From Nitrospirota bacterium (GTDB taxonomy: Bacteria; Nitrospirota; Nitrospiria; 2-01-FULL-66-17), in assembly GCA_049325335.1 (NCBI GenBank), contig JBMOMC010000011.1, positions 79,590 to 143,589 on the forward strand: a DNA stretch of 64,000 nt. Reading direction: 5' to 3'. Positions 18,223 to 29,919 of this stretch are shown one piece after another (position 1 is the stretch's first letter; each line of letters begins with the position of its first letter). The notes beneath the pieces were generated by a model, which did no database searches, was not told the DNA's origin, and saw only the letters and a list, made by a program, of their open reading frames with translations. A program made the position numbers and the translations under genes.

Positions 18223-18768
18223 GTGCTCCTGACGCCGGACAAGCAGCAATACTACATGGGGATCGCGTTCGCGGTCCGCAAACGCGCCAATTGCGTGGGC
18301 CGGAAAGTCGGTTCGTTGTTGGTGGTAGAGAATCGGATTATTTCCACCGGCTATAACGGCACGCCCGAGGGCCTGACCAACTGCAACGACGGGGGGTGCC
18401 ACCGTTGCGCCAATCGAGAGTCCTACCAGTCCAGCGTGGGGTACGACGTGTGTATCTGCGTGCACGCGGAGCAGAACACGTTGCTGTCGGCCGCGCGGTT
18501 TGGGATCGCGGTGTCCGGCGCCGCGACGTTCACCACGCTCAAGCCGTGTTTCGGGTGCGCCAAGGAATTGTTCCAGGCCAATGTGCGCACGCTCTACTAC
18601 CTTGACGAATGGGTCTATCCCGGTCGGGAGCTTCAGGAGCAATACACCGAACTCTTGGGGCGGTTCCAAGTAGTCCACGTCAAGGTGGCGGACCCGGAGG
18701 CCGAGTGGGCCAAGGGCGTCGGGATAACGCCGTCAAGCGTGGACGATCTGGGGCACCAGCAGTTGTAG
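18223..18768 (+). CDS. dCMP deaminase family protein
   Basis: STGYNGTP, HAEQN, PCFGC zinc motifs. Confidence 0.9.
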   Translation: MLLTPDKQQYYMGIAFAVRKRANCVGRKVGSLLVVENRIISTGYNGTPEGLTNCNDGGCHRCANRESYQSSVGYDVCICVHAEQNTLLSAARFGIAVSGAATFTTLKPCFGCAKELFQANVRTLYYLDEWVYPGRELQEQYTELLGRFQVVHVKVADPEAEWAKGVGITPSSVDDLGHQQL

Positions 18769-18783
18769 TCGGGCGAGGGTAGG

Positions 18784-19191
18784 TTACACCACTCCGGAAT
18801 AGTACCGCACGATGTCGGAGATCGAGATAATGCCGACCACGGTTTCGTTTTCCGTCACCGCCAAATGACGGATGCCGTGCTCCTTCATCAGTTTGACGGC
18901 TTCGATGATCGGCTCGTTGTCCTCGATCGACACGATCTTGCGGTTCATCACGGCTTCCACCAGGGTGGTATTGGGGTCCAGGCCTTTGGCCACGGCGTTG
19001 CGGCTCAATCCAGCCTCGGTGATCACGCCCACGTACCGCTTGTCGTCGTCCACGAAGAGCAGCCCGATCTTGTATCGTTGCAGCAACTTGCCCGCCTCTT
19101 TGAGCGTGGCGTTCCATCGCACGCTGCGTACGTCCTGGGTCATGTAGTCGGCCACCGTCGCATCCGTGTTCACCGCTCCCTGTGTTCTCAT
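18784..19191 (-). CDS. CBS domain pair protein
   Basis: VADYMT..EAGKLL..VGVITE; EAVKLM..IRHLAV..VGIISISD. Confidence 0.9.
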   Translation of the reverse strand: MRTQGAVNTDATVADYMTQDVRSVRWNATLKEAGKLLQRYKIGLLFVDDDKRYVGVITEAGLSRNAVAKGLDPNTTLVEAVMNRKIVSIEDNEPIIEAVKLMKEHGIRHLAVTENETVVGIISISDIVRYYSGVV

Positions 19192-19369
19192 GCCTCGTCC
19201 TCGCGTTGAAAAGTGATGGGTGTTGCGCGTTGCGGTCGATATCCGAGCGCAAGTGTACCAGATCAGCGCGGATCCGGCCGCTGCCGCGTCATTCGGCGAT
19301 CCGCATGCGCGTGATCGGTGACATTCCGATCGGGCTCGTGATATAACGGCGTCCTGATCAGAGGCCCCG

Positions 19370-19446
19370 GCCCCCGTAGCTCAGTTGGATAGAGCAGCGG
19401 TTTCCTAAACCGCGTGTCGGCCGTTCAATTCGGCCCGGGGGCACCA
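19370..19446 (+). tRNA. tRNA-Arg (anticodon CCT)
   Basis: Acceptor GCCCCCG/CGGGGGC, D-arm AGCTCAGTTGGATAGAGC, anticodon arm GCGGT-TTCCTAA-ACCGC, T-loop TTCAATT, encoded CCA; upstream GTGACA-N18-TATAAC. Confidence 0.97.
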
Positions 19447-19606
19447 GCCAAACAGCATGGAACAGGCACACATCGTGATGTTGGGCAGGCCGTCGCACTG
19501 GGGCGGCGGACGCCGTGTGCACGATTGTACACGCGCCGGAACACGGAATTTCCTCGCCGCGCCCGTGGTTCCTCCTTCGAGTTTATTGAGTTCTGGGAGG
19601 CCCGTG

Positions 19607-19939
19607 ATGAGTTATACCCAATCCGCCGAGCAGCGTCCGTACGTTCGCGTCCCATTTGCTGGACCGGCCACGATTCGATTCGGCCCGACGTGTTTGATCG
19701 GCACGATCCGGGACATCAGTTTTTCGGGGTGTTTTATCGCGGTGCCGCCGCGGTTCGACGTGGGCACCGCCATGAACATCACGATTTCGTTGGACGAGGG
19801 CGAAACGCAGTTCATCATGACCAACGCCCGGATCGTACGGCGTTCGCCGCACGGCATCGGCGTGCGGTTCTCGTATATCGACGCGCGCACCCCACGGGTG
19901 CTCAAAGACTGGATCGAGGCTCGGCGCCCCGCGCCGTGA
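19607..19939 (+). CDS. Stand-alone PilZ domain protein
   Basis: RPYVR (RxxxR) and DISFSG (DxSxxG), GIGVRF; GGGAGG RBS. Confidence 0.85.
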   Translation: MSYTQSAEQRPYVRVPFAGPATIRFGPTCLIGTIRDISFSGCFIAVPPRFDVGTAMNITISLDEGETQFIMTNARIVRRSPHGIGVRFSYIDARTPRVLKDWIEARRPAP

Positions 19940-20019
19940 CGGCGATGCCGGTGCTCGTGGAGAGGCGCCGGGTTCGGTTGGTCGGTTCCCGGCAAGGGCT
20001 CGGTCCGAATGGGCGAGGC

Positions 20020-20631
20020 ATGGTGGCTTCTCTTCGCCGCGCATATACCTTGTGGGCTCCGTTTTACGACGTGGCCGTGGCCGCGTCGTTGGCCGACAGT
20101 CGCCGCGCAAGTTTGGCGGCGATGGGGGACGTGTCCGGGCAGCGAATCTTGTTGGTCGGCGTCGGCACCGGACTCGATGTCCCGTGGTTGAGACCGGGCG
20201 CCGCGTACGTAGGACTGGACCTGACTCCCGCCATGCTGCGACGAGCGCGCGAGAAGTCCCGGCGGTACGGGATCCCGACCGCGTTGTCCGTCGGCGACGC
20301 GATGAAGCTGCCGTTTCGCGAGGCCGCGTTCGATCGCGTGGTGCTCCACTTAATTCTAGCGGTGGTGCCGGATGCCGTTGCCGCGTTGCGTGAAGCGGCG
20401 CGCGTGGTGCGCCCGGGCGGCACGATTCATATTCTCGACAAGTTCCTCCGTCCCGGGCAATACGCGCCGGTCCGGCGCTGGTTGAGTCCCCTACTCGGGC
20501 GATTGGCCACGCACACCGACGTGGTTTTTGAAGACGTGTCGGCCGCCTGTCCCGGCGTCAGCGTGGTGAGCGATGAACCGGACCTCGCGCGAGGGTGGTT
20601 CCGGCGCATCGTGCTGAAGCGTCCGCGTTGA
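20020..20631 (+). CDS. Class I SAM-dependent methyltransferase (PmtA-like)
   Basis: YTLWAPFYD, LLVGVGTGLD, GDAMKLPF..FD..LHLILAVVPD. Confidence 0.85.
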   Translation: MVASLRRAYTLWAPFYDVAVAASLADSRRASLAAMGDVSGQRILLVGVGTGLDVPWLRPGAAYVGLDLTPAMLRRAREKSRRYGIPTALSVGDAMKLPFREAAFDRVVLHLILAVVPDAVAALREAARVVRPGGTIHILDKFLRPGQYAPVRRWLSPLLGRLATHTDVVFEDVSAACPGVSVVSDEPDLARGWFRRIVLKRPR

Positions 20632-20663
20632 CGTCGGCCGCACATTCCTTTGCGGAATTCCCT

Positions 20664-22163
20664 TTACGACACGCGAAACAGACTGAGCGGGCCCCTTTCC
20701 GCGACGAGCTGGAGGCGACCTTCGGCGAGCAACGGGGGGATCAGGCTCAGGAGCGGGCGGGAATAGCCGATCCCCACCTCCTCGCTCACGTAACGGGCGT
20801 CGATCAACAGATAGTCGATTTGTCGGTCGCGAAGGCGCTCGTGCCATTGATCGGCGGTCGACGCGTTGAACAGGTCCACGGGAGGATCGTCAAGATTCGG
20901 CATGGGCCACAAGACCTGTCGGCCCGTGTGGTAACGGACCTCGGCCCACCATTCAGTCACCACGGTGGCGTTTGGATCCGTGGTTGATGCAATCACGCGG
21001 AGCATCTCCGCGAAATTCCTCGACGGATTGAAGTTGATTCGGTAGTTGGGCATCGTGACGACGTGAACCGTTGCAAAGAGGGCGATCACCGCCGCGCCGG
21101 ACAGCAGCACCGGACGGCCGAAGCGCGAGAGGGCGTCCACGCCCAGGAAGGCGATCAGCGGCAGCAGAAAGAGGGTATGGCGTTCCACCAATCGTCGATC
21201 GACCAAAAACACGAGGATCAGCGCCGCCAATAATGAAAGATGGATTAGATACGGATAGTTCCGACGGCCGCGTATGACGAGCAACGCAACGGGGACGGCC
21301 AGCAGGACCATCGGCACCAGCCCCCATGTCGCGCGGATGGTGTCGAAGAAGATGCCGTAGGGAACCTGCGCCGCATCCATAGCCGATGCCCACACCTCGG
21401 CATGACGGGTCGGCATCAGGAACAACAGCGGATTCTCGCCCCGGATCCACATCACACCCAGATACGTCACCGAGAACAGGCCCGCGATGCCGACGAGCCA
21501 CGTCATCGCGCGCCGTTTCGGTGTGGGGCCGACCGCCAACACCCAACACCACACGACGAGATACACGGCGAGGATCAAGAGTCCGGTTTGTTTGGTCCAC
21601 ACCAAGAGGCCGGTCGCCGCTCCGGAGACGATCGCATCGCGGCGTGCGGCGTGTTGTAGCACGAGCGCCAACCGCCACCAGGACACGCAAAATAGGGCGG
21701 CGGTCAACATCTCCACGTAAAATCGCAGGCTGTACATCGCGAACAACGGCGTGGCGAGCAGGGCTAAGGCTAGGGCGGAGCGTTCGACGGGGCCGACCAA
21801 GGCGTTTCGACCGAGTACGATGAATCCGAGCAATGTGGCGCCGATCGCGATATTGAGATAGAACCACGCGCTCGGGCCGAACAGGTTGTAAAGCGCGGCG
21901 CCGATCGCGTGAAACAATGGCGGGTAGTCTAGGTGATAGGGGTCGCGCATGATCTCCGTCGTCGTGGTGACCAGCCCTCCGGACGCGGCCATGATTCTGG
22001 TCACCAGCGCGTGCCAACATTCGTCCACGCTGAAAAACGCGGTTGACGCGAATCCGGTGAGTCGGGCGACGTTGATGACGGTCAGCGAGAGGGCGACGGC
22101 CATTGCGACGTACGGGACGGCGGTGGTCAGCCGGGGTAGGCGCTGTCGGAACGCGGAGAACAT
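20664..22163 (-). CDS. Polytopic GT-C glycosyltransferase (ArnT/PMT-like)
   Basis: DE motif after TM1 (SVDECWH), YPPLF, YVEM, TKQTG; many TM segments. Confidence 0.75.
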   Translation of the reverse strand: MFSAFRQRLPRLTTAVPYVAMAVALSLTVINVARLTGFASTAFFSVDECWHALVTRIMAASGGLVTTTTEIMRDPYHLDYPPLFHAIGAALYNLFGPSAWFYLNIAIGATLLGFIVLGRNALVGPVERSALALALLATPLFAMYSLRFYVEMLTAALFCVSWWRLALVLQHAARRDAIVSGAATGLLVWTKQTGLLILAVYLVVWCWVLAVGPTPKRRAMTWLVGIAGLFSVTYLGVMWIRGENPLLFLMPTRHAEVWASAMDAAQVPYGIFFDTIRATWGLVPMVLLAVPVALLVIRGRRNYPYLIHLSLLAALILVFLVDRRLVERHTLFLLPLIAFLGVDALSRFGRPVLLSGAAVIALFATVHVVTMPNYRINFNPSRNFAEMLRVIASTTDPNATVVTEWWAEVRYHTGRQVLWPMPNLDDPPVDLFNASTADQWHERLRDRQIDYLLIDARYVSEEVGIGYSRPLLSLIPPLLAEGRLQLVAERGPLSLFRVS

Positions 22164-22170
22164 CCTCCCG

Positions 22171-23337
22171 TTACCGCGCTCGCAGCGCGTCCACGATCCG
22201 AAGCCGCCCGGCCCGCATCGCGGGCAACACGCCGCCCACGAATCCCATCAACAGCGCGAACGCCAGCGACTGCGCGACGACCAGCGGGGACAACGCGAAT
22301 CCGAACGCGATTTCCGTGAACGTCGAGAAGTTCACGGCGGAGATGTGCACGAAGCGCAGGAACCAGGCCGCGCCGAGCCCCGCCGCGCCGCCGAGCAATG
22401 AGAGCGCGAGGGCCTCGACCACGAACGCCGACCAGATGGCGCGGCGACTGAACCCCAGCGCGCGCAGGGTCCCGATTTCCGACGTGCGATTGGACACCGC
22501 GGCGTACATGGTGATCATGGCGCCGATCATGGCGCCCAGGCTGAAGATCGCGGTGACCAACAGCCCCAGGACGCGAATGAAATTCGCGAGCACCTCGGAC
22601 TGCGCCGCGTAATAGGCGCTCTCGCGCGCGACGTCCACGGTCAGACGGGGATCCGCCTCCAAGCGGGCCTTGAGCGCGTTGAACGCCCGATCGTCGGGCA
22701 CGCGCGCGAGCACGGACGAGTAGATGGTCCGACGAAACGCCTGCATCATCTGATCCGCGTCCACCCAGATTTCCGAGTCAAATCCGGTTCCGCCCGCGTC
22801 GAACACGCCCACCACGGTCCAGTCGCGCAGCGCGAACCGCAGGGTTTCGCCGAGCCCCGCGCCGGCAAACCGCGAAGCGATCGCGCGGCCCACGATAATT
22901 TCGGACGACCCCGGTTGCCACATGCGTCCCTCGACGAGCCGGACCTGCGGGCGCAGCGTCAGGGTCGCGGCCGAGGCGCCGCGAATTTGGACGTTCGAGG
23001 GTTTCCCGGTGCCGCGTTTGGGCAGGTTGATGATGGAGACGGTTTCCGCTCCGGCGAGGGCCGCGCCGTCCGCGCCGCGCGCGATTTCGTCCGCGGCGAG
23101 CATGACCTGGGCCTGGTCCCGGGCGATAAAGCTCTGGGTTTCCGCGGTGGCCGACCGTCGCGTGATCAACGCGTTGTCCGGCGAGCCGGTGCTCACCATG
23201 GTGCGTTCCAATCCGTGCGCCAACATCAACACCGCGGTGAACACGAACACCACGAGCGCCATGCCCGCGGCGGTCATGGCCGTGGTTAATCGACGTGATC
23301 GCAGGTTGTGTAGGCTGTAACGCAGGGGAACGGCCAT
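22171..23337 (-). CDS. ABC transporter permease (MacB/FtsX-like)
   Basis: Large periplasmic loop, RTSEIGTLRALGF, C-terminal PAMRAGRL..DALR. Confidence 0.9.
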   Translation of the reverse strand: MAVPLRYSLHNLRSRRLTTAMTAAGMALVVFVFTAVLMLAHGLERTMVSTGSPDNALITRRSATAETQSFIARDQAQVMLAADEIARGADGAALAGAETVSIINLPKRGTGKPSNVQIRGASAATLTLRPQVRLVEGRMWQPGSSEIIVGRAIASRFAGAGLGETLRFALRDWTVVGVFDAGGTGFDSEIWVDADQMMQAFRRTIYSSVLARVPDDRAFNALKARLEADPRLTVDVARESAYYAAQSEVLANFIRVLGLLVTAIFSLGAMIGAMITMYAAVSNRTSEIGTLRALGFSRRAIWSAFVVEALALSLLGGAAGLGAAWFLRFVHISAVNFSTFTEIAFGFALSPLVVAQSLAFALLMGFVGGVLPAMRAGRLRIVDALRAR

Positions 23338-23340
23338 GAT

Positions 23341-24504
23341 TTACCCGATGTGCCGGAGGCCGTTGGCGATGGTGGTGCGCGCTACGAACCACGACGGGAT
23401 CGCCGCGGCCGCTACGGCCGCGGTCAGGTCCAACCCCGTTGCGAGCGCGAGGGTGACGGTCGAGACTTCGAACACCGGGAAAAACGGGCCGACTGCGGCG
23501 CCGAACGCGTGGGCCAGCGGAAACACCGTCGCCAGGCCTAACAAACCGCCAGCGGCCGCAAGCAGGACGGACTCGCCGTAGATCAGCCACGCGAGACGGG
23601 ACGGGGAAAACCCCAGCGTCTTCATCACCGCGTATTCCGTCACGCGCTCGCGCACCGACATGGACATCGTATTCGCCAGCACGATCAGGATCAGCCCGAC
23701 GATCACGATCGAGATCGCTTGGACCGCCAGCAGGATCGCCTCGGTCATGGAGACGAACCCCATTTGAAATTCGCGTTCGGTTTCCGTGAGCGTCTCCGCC
23801 AACGAATTCGCGAACAGGCCGTCCACGGCGCGGCTGACCTCGGCGGGGTCGCGGCCGTGGTCGATCGTGAACATATAAAACCCCACGTGGCCCGCCGCGT
23901 CCGGGAGCGTCTGTCGTATGTTCTGCTCCAGGGTATCCCAATGGAAGAACATCTGCGTTTCGTCCGCGGTTTTCACCCGGGGGTCCGCGGCGTAGATTCC
24001 CCGGACGACGAAGTCCCAGTCCCCGGGGAAAAACGTGCCGCGCAGTCGCACGATGTCCCCGAGTGTCCACCCGTACCGATCCGCGAGCTTACGGCCCACC
24101 ACCGCGGCGTTGCGTTCGGCCATGAACGCGTCCATCTGGTCGGGGGGGAGCTGGTACTCGGTGAACACGCGAAACCAGGTTTCCGCATCCACGCCGAACT
24201 GCGCGAAGAAATTCTTCTCGTCGATGTAGACGCCGCCGAACCAGTTCGCATACGTGACGTTCGAAATGCCCGGCACCTGCGCGATGCGGTCGCGGTACGC
24301 CAATGGCAGGGGAAAGGCGAGCGAGACCGCGTTTCGGGACACCAGCCGGTTTTGCTGCGAGGCGTTCACACCCGCGTACCACGCGTCCACCACGGTGCGG
24401 AGCATGGCGAACGCGAGCACGGCGATCGCCAGGCCAAAGACGGTGAGCACCGTCCGGAGCTTGTGTCGGAACGCGTTGGCGATGATCAATTTGATCAGCG
24501 GCAC
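23341..24504 (-). CDS. ABC transporter permease (MacB/FtsX-like)
   Basis: RHKLRTVLT, NWFGGVY, ERVTEYAVMKTLGF. Confidence 0.9.
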   Translation of the reverse strand: MPLIKLIIANAFRHKLRTVLTVFGLAIAVLAFAMLRTVVDAWYAGVNASQQNRLVSRNAVSLAFPLPLAYRDRIAQVPGISNVTYANWFGGVYIDEKNFFAQFGVDAETWFRVFTEYQLPPDQMDAFMAERNAAVVGRKLADRYGWTLGDIVRLRGTFFPGDWDFVVRGIYAADPRVKTADETQMFFHWDTLEQNIRQTLPDAAGHVGFYMFTIDHGRDPAEVSRAVDGLFANSLAETLTETEREFQMGFVSMTEAILLAVQAISIVIVGLILIVLANTMSMSVRERVTEYAVMKTLGFSPSRLAWLIYGESVLLAAAGGLLGLATVFPLAHAFGAAVGPFFPVFEVSTVTLALATGLDLTAAVAAAAIPSWFVARTTIANGLRHIG

Positions 24505-24528
24505 GTCAGCGCTCGCGCGGGTCGGAGG

Positions 24529-25782
24529 TCATGACGCGGGACGTCGCACGACCACGCGCGCGCCATCGGCCAGTTGTTCGGGCGGGTTGAGCACCACCCG
24601 GTCGCCCGAGGCCACGGCCCCGCGCACCTCGACCACGCCGTTGCCCGACGCACCAGTCTCCACCGTGGTGCGCACCGCGCGGTTGTCGCGGACCAGAAAC
24701 ACGGCCTTGCGCCCGTCCTGTTCCGTGATCGCGTCCGGCGGCACCGCGATCCGCGGCGCGTCAGAGGGCGGAGCGGACGGCGCGCCGGACAGGAACGCAA
24801 CCTTGGCGCTCATTTCGGGCAGCACGCGATCATCGAGTTGCTCGAAACGAATCTTGGTGAGCACGGTGGCCTTGGCGCGGTCCGCGGTGGGCACGATGGT
24901 GGCCACCACGCCCTGGTAGCGTTGCTGTGGGTAGGCATCGAGCGTGATCTCGCAGGGCGAGCCCTGCGTCACCTGATCCAGGTGACGTTCCGAAACATCG
25001 GCCTCGACCATCAGCGACCGCATGTCCGCGATCCGCACCACCGCGGCGCGCGCCGTGGTGGAGGACCCGAACGGGGCCACGATTTCACCCACGTCCGCGT
25101 TCTTGGTGAGCACGGTGCCGTCGAACGGCGCGCGAATCACGGTGTTATCCAGTTCCACCGCGGCGGCCCGCACCAAAGCCTCCGCGGCCCGAACCTGCGC
25201 CTCGGCCGACGCCACGCCGGCCTGCGCCGTGGCATGCCGCGCTGTGGCCAGGTCGAACTCCGCGTTTGAAATTAAATCGGCTTGGAGCAACCCTTGCTTG
25301 CGCTCGAAATCCAATCGGGCTTCATTGGCCGCGGCCGATGCCTGGACCACGGCCGCTTGCGCGGCGGACACGCTGGCCTGCGCTTGATGCAGCCTGGCGG
25401 TCATGTCCGCGCTCTCGATCCTGGCCAACACCTGCCCCGCGGTCACGCGGTCGCCAGGCCCGACGTAGAGCGCGACCAACCGGCCAGTGGCTTTGGATGC
25501 CACGTCAGCCTGGCGTTGCGCGACCACGTAGCCGCTGGCGTGCAGGAGGGGTGATACGTTGGTCGCGCCGATGGTCGTGGCCGTCCCGACCTCCACCGGG
25601 ATCGCCGCCGTGCTCCACGAATACGCGGCCCATGCCCCGACCAGCGCGATCGCCACCGCAATGCCCCACCCGAAAAACGGGCGGCCCGAGCGGTGCGGCC
25701 CGGATTCGGGCGGGCGGTTGATCCGAAGTGCCGACAGATCAACGGGGTCGCTGGAGGAAGTGTGTCCGGATGCGGATGACAT
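24529..25782 (-). CDS. Efflux membrane fusion protein (MacA-like)
   Basis: DLSALRI, ASGYVVAQRQA, IRAPFDG, PTADRAKATV; start placed at MSSASG. Confidence 0.9.
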   Translation of the reverse strand: MSSASGHTSSSDPVDLSALRINRPPESGPHRSGRPFFGWGIAVAIALVGAWAAYSWSTAAIPVEVGTATTIGATNVSPLLHASGYVVAQRQADVASKATGRLVALYVGPGDRVTAGQVLARIESADMTARLHQAQASVSAAQAAVVQASAAANEARLDFERKQGLLQADLISNAEFDLATARHATAQAGVASAEAQVRAAEALVRAAAVELDNTVIRAPFDGTVLTKNADVGEIVAPFGSSTTARAAVVRIADMRSLMVEADVSERHLDQVTQGSPCEITLDAYPQQRYQGVVATIVPTADRAKATVLTKIRFEQLDDRVLPEMSAKVAFLSGAPSAPPSDAPRIAVPPDAITEQDGRKAVFLVRDNRAVRTTVETGASGNGVVEVRGAVASGDRVVLNPPEQLADGARVVVRRPAS

Positions 25783-25835
25783 GCCCGGCGCATTATATCG
25801 ACTCGGCGCGGCGATGGCGAGCCCCCGGCGCACGC

Positions 25836-25865
25836 TTGACAGGCATCGGTCGGTTCGCGTACAGT
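25836..25865 (+). promoter_or_regulatory. Sigma70 promoter of the pyr operon
   Basis: TTGACA-N18-TACAGT immediately upstream of the PyrR box. Confidence 0.65.
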
Positions 25866-25872
25866 CGGCGTA

Positions 25873-27491
<1,619 letters not shown>

Positions 27492-27495
<4 letters not shown>

Positions 27496-28793
27496 CGCGC
27501 CGGACCGAGAGCCGCTCGCTCTTGATCCGCGGCGGGCGGGTCATCGACCCGGCGAGCGGGCTCGACGCGGTGTGTGATATCGAAATAATCGACGGGAAAA
27601 TTGCGGCCTGCGGGACCGGGCTCAAACCATCGCCCACGACCGAGGTATTCAACGCGACAGGACTGGTGGTCTGTCCCGGGTTGATCGACCTGCACACGCA
27701 CGTGCGCGAGCCCGGATACGAGTATAAGGAAACCATCAAGAGCGCCACCGCGGCCGCAGCGGCCGGCGGGTTTACCACGGTGTTCGCCATGCCCAACACC
27801 AACCCGATCAACGACACCCGCGCGGTCACGGAACTGGTGCTCGACGTGGCACGGCGAGAGGGATCGGTCAACGTGAACCCTGTGGGCGCGATCACCAAGG
27901 GTTCGAAGGGCGAAGAGTTGGCTGAGATCGGCGAATTGGTGGAGGCGGGTTGCCTTGCGATCTCGGACGACGGGCGGCCCGTCACCAGCAGCCTACTGAT
28001 GCGCCGCGCCTTGGAATACTCGCTGTCGTTCAACGTGCCGGTGATCGACCACTGCGAAGACCTCTGCTTGTCGTCCGGCGGGGTGATGCACGAGGGCAGG
28101 GTCTCGACCATGCTGGGGCTCAAGGGCGTGCCGGCCGCGGCCGAAACCGTGATGGTCGCGCGCGATCTGGCGTTGGCCGAGTTGACCGGCGGGCGGCTGC
28201 ACTTGGCCCACATGAGCTGCGCCGCGTCGGTACGCATGATCCGCGAGGCCAAGGGACGTGGGGTGCGCGTGACGGCTGAGGCATGCCCGCATCACTTCTC
28301 GCTGACCGACGAAGCCGTGATCGGGTTTCAAGCCGACGCCAAGATGAATCCGCCGCTGCGCAGCCGCGAAGACGTGCTGGCCGTGATCGACGGCTTGGCG
28401 GACGGCACCATCGATGCGATCGCCACGGATCACGCGCCCCACGCGCCCGAGGAGAAGTCCTGGCCTATCGCGGAGGCGCCGTTCGGCATCGTGGGATTGG
28501 AAACTGCCTTGCCGCTCGCGTTGGCGCTGACGGCGAACGGCTGCGTCTCGCTGCCCCAGGTCATCGCATTGTTGACCGCGAAACCCGCCGCGGTGATGGA
28601 TATCGATCGCGGGAGCCTGCGCGTGGGTTCGGTCGCGGACGTGACCATTTTCGACCCGGACGCGGAGTGGGTGGTTGATCCGTCCGCGTTCCGTTCCAAG
28701 AGCCGCAATACACCGTTTGCCGGGTGGAAAATGCGCGGCCGCGTGATCAAAACACTGGTGGGCGGGAAGGTGGTGTATGACGCGAACGCCTAA
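27492..28793 (+). CDS. pyrC: Dihydroorotase
   Basis: [30 protein letters not shown]. Confidence 0.96.
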
Positions 28794-29916
28794 ACGACCC
28801 GCCATGCTCGCGTTGGCGGACGGGACCGTGTTTCGCGGCGCCGCGTTCGGCGCGGACGGGGAGTCGGTGGGCGAGGTGGTGTTCAACACCAGCCTGTCGG
28901 GGTACCAGGAGATTCTCACGGATCCGTCGTACCGCGGACAGATCGTGGTGATGACCGCGCCGCAAATCGGTAACTACGGGGTGAACCCCGAGGACGTGGA
29001 GTCCGGCCGCGTGTGGGTGGAAGGCTTCGTGGTCAAGGAGTGCTCACCCGTGTCGAGCAATTGGCGCGCGCGCCAGAACCTCAACGATTACTTGAAGGAC
29101 GCGGGGGTGGTCGGAATCGAGGGTATCGACACCCGCGCCCTGACCAAACACCTCCGCGACTCCGGCGCGCAGGAAGGCGTGTTGTCCACGATCGACCTGG
29201 ATGAAAAACGGTTAGTGACTAAGGCCAAGGCTTCGCCCGGATTGGTGGGCAGGGACCTCGTGCGCGACGTCACGTGTCAGAAGTCGTACGAGTGGATCGA
29301 GCCGACGTGGAATTCCCGCTCTAGCTCCTCCCCCCTTGCGGGGGAGGGCAGGGTGGGTGGCGCGCGTGTGATCGTCTACGACTTCGGCGTGAAACGCAAC
29401 ATTCTCCGAAGCCTGGTGTCTTCCGGATGCCTCGTCACCGTGGTTCCAGCCTCCACACCGGCGGCCGATGTGTTGGGGGCAAAACCCGACGGCGTGGTGC
29501 TGTCCAATGGTCCCGGTGATCCCGCGGCCGTGACCTACGCGGTGGAAGCCGCGCGGGCCTTGGTCGGGCGCGTGCCCATGTTCGGCATCTGCCTCGGGCA
29601 CCAGATTCTGGGCTTGGCCATGGGTGGAACCACCTCTAAGTTGAAGTTCGGGCACCACGGCGGAAACCAGCCCGTGCTCGATCTCGCGTCGAACCAGGTC
29701 ACGATCACGGCGCAGAACCATGGGTTCACCGTGGATCTGGAATCACTCAGAGGCGAGGTGGAAGCCACGCACGTGAATTTGAACGATCGCACGGTGGAAG
29801 GTTTGCAGCACAAGAAGCTGCCGATCTTCTCGGTGCAATACCACCCCGAAGCCTCGCCCGGCCCGCACGACGCGGGGTACTTGTTTCAGCGGTTTATGGA
29901 CGTGATCAACCGGTAA
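28777..29916 (+). CDS. carA: Carbamoyl-phosphate synthase small subunit
   Basis: [44 protein letters not shown]. Confidence 0.98.
   Translation: MTRTPKRPAMLALADGTVFRGAAFGADGESVGEVVFNTSLSGYQEILTDPSYRGQIVVMTAPQIGNYGVNPEDVESGRVWVEGFVVKECSPVSSNWRARQNLNDYLKDAGVVGIEGIDTRALTKHLRDSGAQEGVLSTIDLDEKRLVTKAKASPGLVGRDLVRDVTCQKSYEWIEPTWNSRSSSSPLAGEGRVGGARVIVYDFGVKRNILRSLVSSGCLVTVVPASTPAADVLGAKPDGVVLSNGPGDPAAVTYAVEAARALVGRVPMFGICLGHQILGLAMGGTTSKLKFGHHGGNQPVLDLASNQVTITAQNHGFTVDLESLRGEVEATHVNLNDRTVEGLQHKKLPIFSVQYHPEASPGPHDAGYLFQRFMDVINR
29325..29360 (+). repeat. Short palindromic repeat lying in-frame inside carA
   Basis: CCTCCCCC-CTTGC-GGGGGAGG hairpin followed by GCAGGGTGGGTGG; encodes [12 protein letters not shown] in the interdomain linker. 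Confidence 0.7.
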
Positions 29917-29919
29917 CGT

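Noticed and set aside
18223..18768. Anti-phage dCTP deaminase
   Set aside because: Short stand-alone dCMP deaminase with no kinase-like N-terminal domain and no defence-gene neighbours.
19370..19446. tRNA-Arg as an integration site for a genomic island
   Set aside because: No integrase is present and no convincing duplicate of the tRNA 3' end was found; GGGGCACCAGC near 18750 is a short in-gene coincidence.
19515..19555. Possible sigma54 promoter and enhancer before PilZ (GTGTGCACGATTGTACAC; GAACACGGAATTTCCT)
   Set aside because: The invariant GG and GC dinucleotides are missing.
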